NCBI GenBank assembly: GCA_037441705.1
Contig: JBBIRR010000006.1
Span: forward strand, 1-64,000
Source: Ignavibacteriales bacterium
GTDB taxonomy: Bacteria; Bacteroidota; Ignavibacteria; UBA10030; UBA6906
DNA length: 64,000 nucleotides
Direction: 5' to 3'
The position numbers and the translations under genes are program-made. The notes under the pieces are model-generated. The model searched no databases, was not told the origin of the DNA, and saw only the letters and a program-made list of their open reading frames with translations. Shown piece after piece: positions 9,079 through 17,599 of the stretch (positions are counted from its first letter, which is position 1; every line of letters begins with the position of its first letter).

Positions 9079-12006
9079 TTACGTTATTCGTGCTGTAAGT
9101 CTAATGGTCGTGCCGCCGCGATCGCCCGGTCCAATCCTGAGATCGCCCTTCAACAGTTCTACTCGTTCCCGCATATTTCTCAGACCGTTTCCGCCGGCTG
9201 TCGAGGCGCCGTCGAAGCCCTTCCCATTATCCTGAATGATTAGCGTGAGGCGTTCATTCTCGACCCGAGCTGTTATGCGTACCTCGTTCGCCGCGGCGTG
9301 TTTCGCGATATTCGTTAGCGCCTCTTTGTAAATCAGGTACACATGCTGTCGCCAGTCAAGGTTCACTTTCCTGCCGACCGGTGATTTTGGGAAATCGAGA
9401 ACGGTGTGGCAACCACCCAACAGCGCAGCGGCAGTATCTTTCATTCGGAGGAACAACTCATCCAACGAATCGTTTCCCGGCTTGATGAGCCAGACGATGT
9501 CCTTCATGTCCTTTACGGTACTGAGCGCGACCGATGAGATTTCGGTCAGCTTTCTGCGTTCCTCATTGCCGAACTCACGGCGGCCTTTCAGCAGGTCGCT
9601 TGCCATCGCGATGCTGCTGAGGTTGCTACCGATCTCGTCATGCAGGTCGCGTGCGATGCGCGTGCGCAGACGTTCCAGTTCGAGAAGTCTGCGGATGCGC
9701 ACGCGGACCCCCGCCGTTATCACCCCGCCCACGACAAGGGCCACAAGCAGGACGAACCACCATCTTGTCCAGAACGGCGGAATGATGACGAAGCTCAATC
9801 GTGCGGGCGCAGAGCTCCTGATTCCATTGGCGTTGAAGGCATGGACTTCGAACGTGTACTCACCGGGCGGCAGCGATGCGTACGTTACGCGACGCTGTCC
9901 CGTTACAGGATGCCACGCATCCTCCAACCCGACAAGCCTGTGTTGATACGTCACTTCCTCCGGTCTCCGAAACGTGATGCCGACAAATTCGAATGTCAGA
10001 TGGTTTTGATGATGGTGGAATTCCAGGGCATACTGTATCGGGGTTGGTCTGGCATCTACCTCAAGCCGTGTGATGTGAATGCGCGGCGGGGTCATGTATG
10101 CGGTGTCGGACGGATACTCGTAGATTCCTACTTCGTCGTTGGTCATGTACCACATGAACCGGCCGTCGGCAACACCGAGTGCGGTCACCGCCTTTCCGAG
10201 GGGTAAGCTGTTGCTGCGTTGTGGCTTCAGAGTGTGTGCATCAACCACTTCGACCCCTCGCGCGGTTCCGATCCAGACAACATTGCGGCTGGAGTCTGGC
10301 GCAAGTGCCCACACGACTGCGCTGGCAAGGCCTTGCTCCACGGACAAGGGTACAAACGATCCGAACGTGCCGACGGTCAGTCCTCGCCGGCGCGTACCGA
10401 TCCACATGTTTCCAACCCGATCCTGCACGATGGCGCGTATCAAGTCCTCAGAGAGTCCGTCGCTCATGGTATATCGCTCACGGACGGAATCCCCGTCGGG
10501 CGAGATCACCGCAATACCTTCCGCCACCGACCCCATCCAGATGTTTCCGGCTCGATCCTCATATAGTGCACGAATGTCGTTCGATGGCAAGCCTGTTTGT
10601 GTAGAGAACAGCCGGGGCCGACTTGCCGCAGTTGAGACTGATACGCGGTACACTCCCACGCCCACAACGCTTATCCAGATGCGCTCTTTGGAGTCAACAA
10701 TGAAAAAGAAGCGCGGGTCGTGCGAAAGCTGTTGCCCCGGCGCGAGTACACGGACTGCCTTCAACGACGACGAGCCATCTTCGCGCGGATGAATCTCGTA
10801 GCAGACAATGCGCTTTCTGGTATCAATCCAGATGCGACCTTGTGAGTCGCACGCGATTGTTGGGGCAGAATTTCCCTCACGTTCAAGGAGTCCATGGCGG
10901 CGCGTTCTGCACTGATTGTCTCCGTCCTTCCACTTTTCTTGTACACCCTGTTCGGTCACGATCCAGAGATGGCCGCGACGGTCGAGCACGGCCTTGCAGT
11001 TGTTGTAGGTGTCGGGAATTGCCGCAAGAGGAAACACAACATGATGCCGATTGGTCAAGCTCGAAAGGCCCGTTCTCCCGAACCAGAGGTTGTCTTCGTA
11101 ATCGACGAGACATACGTCAACGCGGTTCGAAAGAAGCCCGTTCGCTTCTCCGTATCGGATGAACGGGGCGGACACTGCACGCTCCTTTGCTACACGAACC
11201 AATCCGCTGGTGGTTGCAAGCCACAGCGTATGTTGTGCATCGTCGGTGATGGATTGCACGATGCCGAAGGATATCTTGCGGCGAAGAAATACATGTCGCT
11301 CGGTAATGCCGATGAGCATCGAGTCGCGTGTCCCGATCCAGAGAGAGCCGTTCCGATCCTCATGTATTGCGGAAATGTCGGAAGATGCGTGCAGCGCGAT
11401 GCTGTCAAGAACATCACCCGAACCCGGCGAACAGAGATAGATGCGTGCTTTGCCGGCGATCCAAATCCTGCCATCACGGGCAAGCAGAATTCTATCCGCC
11501 TGCGGCATGTTGTCGCGACGAACGAACGTTCCCTGCTTCCCCACGAATAATCCTGCATACGTCAGACACCAGAGCGTGCCTTGGGCATCCTCCCAAACAT
11601 TCACGATCGTCTTTGCCGGAGCGGTCGAATCAGGAAGGAGTGTACTCAGCTGGCCGTCAACCCATGCGCTGACGCCACCTCCCCATGTTCCGATCAGCAT
11701 CCTGGCCGGGGTGCGGCGACTTTCGGAAATGTGACTGACATGATTGAGCGCAAGCCCTTCGGTGATGGTAATGTTGTGAAACTGTATCCCGTCGAAGATG
11801 CTGACGCCTTCGCCGGTCCCTACCCAGAGGTAGCCCCTGGTATCCTGGCAGAGTGAAGTGATGTCGTTGGACACGAGGCCCTTCTCGTACGTATAGTGCT
11901 TGAGCGGAAGAATCTGCGCGGGCGCATTGGACGCTGCAACCGCCATCGCTGCGACAAATGCAAAAAATCGAACCGGCGACGTTCGGACTCTTGAACAGAA
12001 CGACAT
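9079..12006 (-). CDS. Beta-propeller/Y_Y_Y sensor histidine kinase (HisKA_3 type)
   Basis: Reg_prop repeats, Y_Y_Y, TM, 'RIARDLHDEIGSNLS', 'EALTNIAKHA', 'DNGKGF..GNGLRNMRER'; start placed at ATG 12006 (GGAGG RBS, signal peptide) rather than 12204. Confidence 0.92.
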   Translation of the reverse strand: MSFCSRVRTSPVRFFAFVAAMAVAASNAPAQILPLKHYTYEKGLVSNDITSLCQDTRGYLWVGTGEGVSIFDGIQFHNITITEGLALNHVSHISESRRTPARMLIGTWGGGVSAWVDGQLSTLLPDSTAPAKTIVNVWEDAQGTLWCLTYAGLFVGKQGTFVRRDNMPQADRILLARDGRIWIAGKARIYLCSPGSGDVLDSIALHASSDISAIHEDRNGSLWIGTRDSMLIGITERHVFLRRKISFGIVQSITDDAQHTLWLATTSGLVRVAKERAVSAPFIRYGEANGLLSNRVDVCLVDYEDNLWFGRTGLSSLTNRHHVVFPLAAIPDTYNNCKAVLDRRGHLWIVTEQGVQEKWKDGDNQCRTRRHGLLEREGNSAPTIACDSQGRIWIDTRKRIVCYEIHPREDGSSSLKAVRVLAPGQQLSHDPRFFFIVDSKERIWISVVGVGVYRVSVSTAASRPRLFSTQTGLPSNDIRALYEDRAGNIWMGSVAEGIAVISPDGDSVRERYTMSDGLSEDLIRAIVQDRVGNMWIGTRRRGLTVGTFGSFVPLSVEQGLASAVVWALAPDSSRNVVWIGTARGVEVVDAHTLKPQRSNSLPLGKAVTALGVADGRFMWYMTNDEVGIYEYPSDTAYMTPPRIHITRLEVDARPTPIQYALEFHHHQNHLTFEFVGITFRRPEEVTYQHRLVGLEDAWHPVTGQRRVTYASLPPGEYTFEVHAFNANGIRSSAPARLSFVIIPPFWTRWWFVLLVALVVGGVITAGVRVRIRRLLELERLRTRIARDLHDEIGSNLSSIAMASDLLKGRREFGNEERRKLTEISSVALSTVKDMKDIVWLIKPGNDSLDELFLRMKDTAAALLGGCHTVLDFPKSPVGRKVNLDWRQHVYLIYKEALTNIAKHAAANEVRITARVENERLTLIIQDNGKGFDGASTAGGNGLRNMRERVELLKGDLRIGPGDRGGTTIRLTARIT

Positions 12007-12268
12007 GAACACCTCCGGAACAAGATAGAAAACGGGACGTGGAGGAACAAGTATCGAAGTGTTCAACGAGTGGACGAAGGTCGAAAAAGGGCGGGCTCCG
12101 TTCGGTGCGTCTGCCACCGTGCGACGTTTGTACAAGTTCACGCGACAGGACGACAAGAAACCCGCCGAATCTGCCCCATTTCGACCCTCTTGGCATCGCC
12201 GCACGCTTTTCCCGCGACATCAATCTAACAGATCGCTACAGGTCTGAAAGACTTCGCCCTGCTTGCCA

Positions 12269-12308
12269 TGCTATATTTGCACCGTCATTGACGACGAGGT
12301 GTCGTCAA
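12269..12308 (+). promoter_or_regulatory. Extended -10 (TGcTATATT) followed by a perfect operator-like palindrome TTGACGAC-N5-GTCGTCAA
   Basis: TGCTATATT at 12269-12277; 8-bp inverted repeat at 12288-12295 / 12301-12308, ahead of the RBS of the 12343 gene. Confidence 0.55.
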
Positions 12309-12342
12309 CACATCAATCACCAATAACATAGGAGGTACAACC

Positions 12343-13098
12343 ATGGCAAAGCGCATCGCAGTCTTTCTGTATGGCGTGATGGCGTATGCCGTTTTCTTCG
12401 GGACGTTCCTGTATGCCATCGGCTTCATCGGGAATCTCTATGTTCCGAAGACAATTGACTCGGGGCCCGAGATCCCGTTCGGGACGGCGCTGCTGGTCAA
12501 TGCCGGCCTTCTCGGACTCTTCGCGCTGCAGCACAGTATTATGGCGCGCAAGGGATTCAAGAACTGGATTACCCGGTTCATTCCGCGTCCTGCCGAACGC
12601 AGCACATACACGCTGCTGTCGTCTCTCTGCCTGATTCTGCTCTTCACGCAATGGCAGCCGATGGGCGGAACCATCTGGAATGTGCAGGACCCGGTCGGGC
12701 GCATCGTGCTCTATTCACTCTTCGGGTTCGGGTGGGTGTTAGTTCTGGTCGCAACGTTCTTGATCAATCACTTCGATCTCTTCGGGCTGCGTCAGGTGTG
12801 GCTCTACCTTCGGGGCAAGGAGTACACGCCGCTGAAGTTCCGCACGCCGGGGCCGTACAAGCTCGTTCGACATCCGCTCTATGTCGGCTGGCTGCTTGCG
12901 TTCTGGGCAACGCCAACCATGACGGCCGCACATCTTGTGTTCGCGATTGCCACAACAGCCTACATCCTCATTGCCATCCAGCTTGAGGAGCGCGATCTCG
13001 TGGCTGAGCACGGCAGCACGTATGAACGGTATCGCCGCACCGTGCCGATGATTGTGCCGTCGTTCAAAGCAAAGGAGTTGCAGCAAGCAGTCAACTAA
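12343..13098 (+). CDS. mddA: Methanethiol S-methyltransferase-like membrane protein (ICMT/NnrU superfamily)
   Basis: 'YG..AY..FF..FLYAIGF.GN..VPK.ID', 'FALQHS.MAR..FK.W', 'ERSTY.L', 'LINHFDLFGLRQ', 'Y..VRHPLY.G', 'EERDL..H..Y..YR..VPM' match my recollection of MddA. Confidence 0.7.
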   Translation: MAKRIAVFLYGVMAYAVFFGTFLYAIGFIGNLYVPKTIDSGPEIPFGTALLVNAGLLGLFALQHSIMARKGFKNWITRFIPRPAERSTYTLLSSLCLILLFTQWQPMGGTIWNVQDPVGRIVLYSLFGFGWVLVLVATFLINHFDLFGLRQVWLYLRGKEYTPLKFRTPGPYKLVRHPLYVGWLLAFWATPTMTAAHLVFAIATTAYILIAIQLEERDLVAEHGSTYERYRRTVPMIVPSFKAKELQQAVN

Positions 13099-13123
13099 CA
13101 ATCATGAGACGTAGGAGACCATC

Positions 13124-13351
13124 GTGAAAACCCTGACATTCATCGGCAGCGCAGCCCGGAAGAATATACTGTTCCGCCTCTACAAGTTCTACATCATCGA
13201 CAGCGTTCTGATCGTCAAGCGGAACGGATTCAGGGAACTGATCAGGCAGCGGGGATGGAAAATTTTCTGGGTTGTCGGTGGGTACTATCTCGTTAGGGAT
13301 ACGCTGGTGTATGTGGTTCTTCCGTACTTGGTTGCTCGCGGCGTCTTTTAG
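13124..13351 (+). CDS. Small basic membrane protein, unknown function
   Basis: AGGAG RBS with GTG start; basic N-half and one hydrophobic C-terminal helix; in line with the operon. Confidence 0.6.
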   Translation: MKTLTFIGSAARKNILFRLYKFYIIDSVLIVKRNGFRELIRQRGWKIFWVVGGYYLVRDTLVYVVLPYLVARGVF

Positions 13352-13412
13352 ATGTGGTTCATCCACACAACCAACAATCAATCATTCATACACACACATA
13401 AGGAGACATATC

Positions 13413-13769
13413 ATGACAACACGCATCGCAACCCTTACGCTTGGCTTGCTGTTGATGGCTTCGTCAGCGCATGCCGATCGTACAGCGTCCGCATCGGCTG
13501 TGCCTGCGGTGAAATCTGCTGCGGTCGTTAAAGCCTCGAAGCCGGAATATCCGGCAATGGCGCGCGTCTTCCGGCTGGAGGGCGAAGTGATCGTCAATGT
13601 TGAGGTTGATCATCGTGGCGTTCCGATAGGTGCCGGCATTGTGAAAAGCTCGAGTCCGGTGTTCAGCGCGACCGTGCTGACCACGGTGAGGGCGTGGCGC
13701 TTCTCGCCTGCGGCGAAAGAAGGCGGTGTCCGCGTTGTGCAGATCCCCTTCACGTTCAAAATGAAGTAA
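13413..13769 (+). CDS. Short TonB C-terminal-domain protein
   Basis: AGGAG RBS; signal peptide; 'KPEYPAMAR..RLEGEVIVNVEVD..G......IVKSS...F...V.AWRFSPA......VQIPFTFK' is the TonB_C signature. Confidence 0.8.
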   Translation: MTTRIATLTLGLLLMASSAHADRTASASAVPAVKSAAVVKASKPEYPAMARVFRLEGEVIVNVEVDHRGVPIGAGIVKSSSPVFSATVLTTVRAWRFSPAAKEGGVRVVQIPFTFKMK

Positions 13770-13781
13770 GCTGCGGCGGTC

Positions 13782-13816
13782 GGGGGGTCGTGCCTGCAAT
13801 ACGGGCGCGACTCCCC
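13782..13816 (+). terminator. Strong stem-loop after the tonB-like gene (no U-tract)
   Basis: ggggggtcgtgcctg-caata-cgggcgcgactcccc, 15-bp stem with G-U pairs. Confidence 0.45.
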
Positions 13817-13878
13817 CGCTATGTTGCCGACTGATCGAAGGTGAATCATAGACGTTTCAGACAAGGAGAAACAAGCAG

Positions 13879-14619
13879 ATGCCAACAGAAGGTTGTTTTC
13901 CTCGCACCGCCCGCAGACCCGTGCGCAGCTCGGCCGTGTACCTCGTTATTGCCGACATCAGCGGGTACACGCAGTTCCTGCAGGAGCATCAGAATAATAT
14001 CGCCCACGCCGAACGCATCGTGGCGGAGCTTCTGGAAAGTGTTATCGGCGTTGTGCGTCCGCCGCTGACGGTGCATGAACTGATGGGTGACGCGGTGTCG
14101 TTCTATGCCCTTGCCGATGAGGACACGAAAACCCCCGCCGACATCCTTGAGCAGGTGTATGCCGTCTTTCGAGCATTCAACGAAAAGATGAAAGAAATAA
14201 TCCGCTGCCGCGCGGTGATGGAATGCCCCGCGTGCCTCAATGTGCAGGAGCTTAAACTGAAAATCATCGTGCACGTCGGCGATGCCGTGCTGACGGAAGT
14301 CGGCGGATTCAGGAAGATTGCCGGCCCGGCTATGATCCTTGCGCACCGGTTGTTGAAGAATTCCGTGCAGGAGGAAGAATACCTGCTGGTAACGTCCGAC
14401 TTCTATAACCGATGCGAGGAGAGATTGTGGGAGCGAGCTTTGTGGAAGAGCGAGTACTGCAAGGACTTCGGCGATGTGCTGATCTTGGTGCAATTTCCCA
14501 TGAGCGTGATTCCGCGTCTTTCCTCGGCGAACGCCCCTCATGCATCGGATCGAACATCGAAGCTGCGGCAGATCGAGATGCGAAAGCGGCGTCGAAAAAC
14601 GAAAGCTGTCCTCACGTAG
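13879..14619 (+). CDS. DUF2652-family protein (class III nucleotide-cyclase-like fold)
   Basis: 'YLVIADISGYTQFL', 'ELMGDAVSFY', 'CPAC', 'LKLKIIVHVG', 'ILAHRLLKNSV..EYLLVT'. Confidence 0.75.
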   Translation: MPTEGCFPRTARRPVRSSAVYLVIADISGYTQFLQEHQNNIAHAERIVAELLESVIGVVRPPLTVHELMGDAVSFYALADEDTKTPADILEQVYAVFRAFNEKMKEIIRCRAVMECPACLNVQELKLKIIVHVGDAVLTEVGGFRKIAGPAMILAHRLLKNSVQEEEYLLVTSDFYNRCEERLWERALWKSEYCKDFGDVLILVQFPMSVIPRLSSANAPHASDRTSKLRQIEMRKRRRKTKAVLT

Positions 14620-14739
14620 TGTTTGCACACTTACTGCCCACGGATTCTAACACCGATGCGGCAGAAGCATTCCATCGAGCGTGTTGAGCGCGGAGCAGCA
14701 AACAAAGGGCTACGCGCATAGGGGCACCGGTCCGATCGT

Positions 14740-14768
14740 TTGCTAATCTCCCCTTCATTTCCTATCCT
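14740..14768 (+). promoter_or_regulatory. Putative sigma70 promoter of the 14893-17576 operon
   Basis: TTGCTA-17 bp-TATCCT. Confidence 0.5.
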
Positions 14769-14892
14769 ACGGCACGACCGAATCTCTTTCCCATCTCGAA
14801 CCGATAGAGACAACGCATGTCCTTTCTCCCGCAGCACGCAAAGAACTCCTGACGACGAACAACCCATCCCCTAACCACACACGGAGGTACGC

Positions 14893-15942
14893 ATGTTCGA
14901 GATTATTGATAGTATGATTGCCACGGTGACGGTGGTGTTGGTGCTGAGCCTGATCGTGCAGGCTCTTCAGCAAATCATCAAACAACTCTTCAACATGAAG
15001 TCGAAGTACATGGAGCGGGAGTTGTTTACGATGTTTACGCGCGTGGAATACAAGCCGAGCATCATGCCCGCGAAGATGCAGTACGAGAAGTATGTCAAAG
15101 AACATCCCGAGGTGAAGGCGCTTGTGTCGGAGATTTCCCGGCGCCTGAGCAGCATCGGCCACGAGAACCTCTCGGTGCTCGAATCCATGAGCAAGGAGGA
15201 CTTCCTCAGCATGGCAGGCGATCTGCTCGACACGGGTGAGTTGGAAACGGCGGATGTGTCGAAGCTGTCGGGCGAGGAGCGAGCAGCATTATCCAGGCGC
15301 ATCTCCTTCCTTCAGCAGGCTCGCCTCGATGTCGAGCGGTGGTATGATACCACGATGAAGACGTTTCAGGACCATTACGAACGTCGGATGAAAATGTGGG
15401 CGTACATCCTGAGCGGACTTGTCGTCCTCTGGCTCAATGCAAATCTGTTTGAGATTTACAGGGAGTTTTCGACGAATAAAGTGCTGCGACAGCTTGCAGT
15501 AACGCTCGGCGAGCGTCTGGCCTCGACGCCGCGCGATTCGCTGGTCGTGGTTGCGTCACCGGAAGGAACGCAGGTTGCCCAACAGGTCTCCGACTCCGTG
15601 GCGTTAGCCGCCATCCAGGCCAACATCAGGCGGATTGACGCACTGGTGAATGCGCAGTCGTTCAGCATGATGCGGTGGAATACGCCGAGCGGCACGCCTC
15701 TGCCGACATCTGTTGCAACGCTCTGGGATGCGCTCACGCGCAACTTCTTCGGGTGGACGGGGATGACGTTGCTGGTCGGACTCGGTGCGCCGTTCTGGTA
15801 CGATGTATTGCGAACGCTTGTCGGGGTGAAGGAGCGGCTCCGGACACGATCGGGTGGCGGATCAACCGAAGAACCGACACGCACCGTTCAACCGGCTGCG
15901 GTCGTCGTTCCGCCGAGCCAACTTCCTCCGGCCGTAGGCTAA
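14893..15942 (+). CDS. Uncharacterised membrane protein with 'LGAPFW.D.L' motif
   Basis: GGAGG RBS; N-terminal TM, helical soluble domain, 'WYD......Y.R' then a TM, a further loop, and a C-terminal TM 'FFGWTGMTLLVGLGAPFWYDVL'. Confidence 0.8.
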   Translation: MFEIIDSMIATVTVVLVLSLIVQALQQIIKQLFNMKSKYMERELFTMFTRVEYKPSIMPAKMQYEKYVKEHPEVKALVSEISRRLSSIGHENLSVLESMSKEDFLSMAGDLLDTGELETADVSKLSGEERAALSRRISFLQQARLDVERWYDTTMKTFQDHYERRMKMWAYILSGLVVLWLNANLFEIYREFSTNKVLRQLAVTLGERLASTPRDSLVVVASPEGTQVAQQVSDSVALAAIQANIRRIDALVNAQSFSMMRWNTPSGTPLPTSVATLWDALTRNFFGWTGMTLLVGLGAPFWYDVLRTLVGVKERLRTRSGGGSTEEPTRTVQPAAVVVPPSQLPPAVG

Positions 15943-15957
15943 ACGAAGGAGGCGGCT

Positions 15958-16758
15958 ATGGCATTCAAGCAGAAGTATGAAATCATCCCGCGATACCTCA
16001 CGCCCGGAACAAAGCGTCGGTCGGGGCGCCTGATAGCTCCGGGAGTGAAGTTCATCGTTGCGCATGATACCGGCAACCCGAATTCTACTGCCAACGGCAA
16101 CGTCCGATATTACCAGAACTCCGTCAACGAGATGAGCGCCTCGGCGCATCTGTTTGTGGACGATCGCGACATCATCGAATGCATTCCGGCACTCACCGGC
16201 ACTCCGGAGAAAGCATGGCACGTTCTGTACGGCGCCGTTGCCGACAACAACCTGTACGGGTACGACGCGAACGATACCGCCATCGGTGTGGAGTATTGCT
16301 TCGGCACCAACATCAACGCCGACGAGGCGTACAACCGGTACGTGTGGGTCATGGCGTTCATCTGCTCCAAATTCCATCTCGATCCGCGCAAAGCCATCGT
16401 TGGGCATTTCTTTCTCGATCCGCTGCGCAAGACAGATCCGGTGACGGGATTGGCGCGTAGCCGCCGAACGTACGAACAACTGCTGCGCGATGTGGTCACG
16501 GAATTCACTGCGTGCGGCGGCGTGCTGCGCGGTACCCCGCCGCCTCCCAAGAAAGGGACGCTGACGGTGATCTCGCGGCTGAACATTCGCAGCAACGCGC
16601 CCAGCACACGCTCGCCTCTCGTACGCACGGTTCTTGCAGGAACGAAACTCGACTACGTTGCCCGCATCAACGACGGCGAGCCGGTCAACGGTAATGCCGT
16701 GTGGTTCAAACTTAGCGACGGGAATTTCTGCTGGAGTGGGGGAGTGACGGTAGCGTGA
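15958..16758 (+). CDS. N-acetylmuramoyl-L-alanine amidase (Amidase_2) with C-terminal SH3b-like domain, no signal peptide
   Basis: 'FIVAHDTGN', 'SAHLFVDD', 'AWH', 'IGVEYC', 'IVGH...KTDP' Zn-amidase motifs; Pro linker; 'LNIRSNAPST...V..GEPVNGNAVWFK...G.F.WSG' SH3b-like. Confidence 0.88.
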   Translation: MAFKQKYEIIPRYLTPGTKRRSGRLIAPGVKFIVAHDTGNPNSTANGNVRYYQNSVNEMSASAHLFVDDRDIIECIPALTGTPEKAWHVLYGAVADNNLYGYDANDTAIGVEYCFGTNINADEAYNRYVWVMAFICSKFHLDPRKAIVGHFFLDPLRKTDPVTGLARSRRTYEQLLRDVVTEFTACGGVLRGTPPPPKKGTLTVISRLNIRSNAPSTRSPLVRTVLAGTKLDYVARINDGEPVNGNAVWFKLSDGNFCWSGGVTVA

Positions 16759-16778
16759 CCGGCTCGTAGAGAAATGCC

Positions 16779-17576
16779 ATGGGTTTTTCGTTTGCGGTTT
16801 GGAACATCGAACGATTCAACTACGTACCGCAGCGCGTCATCGCTGTCGGAAACCTGCTGAAGCGACACAACCCGGACGTGTTCGGCATCCTCGAGTTCCT
16901 GGCGAAAGATGCGGCCCGGCGACTCGTGCAGAGCAAGCAGTTTCGGGGGTACGACTTCGCCTTTACCGACTCCGCCCAGGGCATCGAAATCCTCGTCGGC
17001 TGGAAGCGCAACCGATTCCGACAGGTTCTGTTCACGCAGCGGAGAGAATTGCAGGTCGGCAACACGCGTCTGCGGCCCGGCGGCCTGCTGAGTGTTCTGG
17101 AGAAGAAGGCCGACATATTCACGAACCTTCTCTTTCTGCATACCGACAGCGGTACCGACGCCGCGGCGTATGCGAATCGGCAGAAGATGTTCACGAAGGT
17201 CTGGAGCTTGAAGCGCGCCCTCGAACGGCTTCCCGAACAACAAGGGCAGGCACGCCTCATCGTGATGGGAGATCTGAATACGATGGGAAAGAAGAATGGA
17301 CCGAGCGGCGCCGATGAGATTGCCTCGCTGCAGCATCAGGCAGCCCAGCATAACATGCGCATGCTGCAGAAGTCGCACGAGTTTACCTGGTCAGGCGGCT
17401 CGACGAAAAGCAATCTGGACCATGTGCTTGCGAGCAATGATCTGCAGTTCCAGATGCAGCGGCCTGTTCCTGCCGAGGTGTTGGTTGACGGGTGGGTCAA
17501 TCGAACCGGAACAGCACGAACCAATTTCGTGAAGAACATTTCCGATCATTGCCTGCTGTATGCGGAGGTCGCGTAG
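16779..17576 (+). CDS. Endonuclease/exonuclease/phosphatase (EEP) family protein, no signal peptide
   Basis: 'VWNIE', 'PDVFGILE', 'FLHT', 'MGDLNT', 'LDHVLAS', 'ISDH' catalytic motifs. Confidence 0.85.
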   Translation: MGFSFAVWNIERFNYVPQRVIAVGNLLKRHNPDVFGILEFLAKDAARRLVQSKQFRGYDFAFTDSAQGIEILVGWKRNRFRQVLFTQRRELQVGNTRLRPGGLLSVLEKKADIFTNLLFLHTDSGTDAAAYANRQKMFTKVWSLKRALERLPEQQGQARLIVMGDLNTMGKKNGPSGADEIASLQHQAAQHNMRMLQKSHEFTWSGGSTKSNLDHVLASNDLQFQMQRPVPAEVLVDGWVNRTGTARTNFVKNISDHCLLYAEVA

Positions 17577-17599
17577 GCGTGCGCGCGGCCCGGTTTCGG

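Noticed and set aside
14893-17576. Prophage remnant explanation for the endolysin-like gene
   Set aside because: No integrase, structural, replication or att features nearby, and composition resembles the host; kept instead as a stand-alone module.
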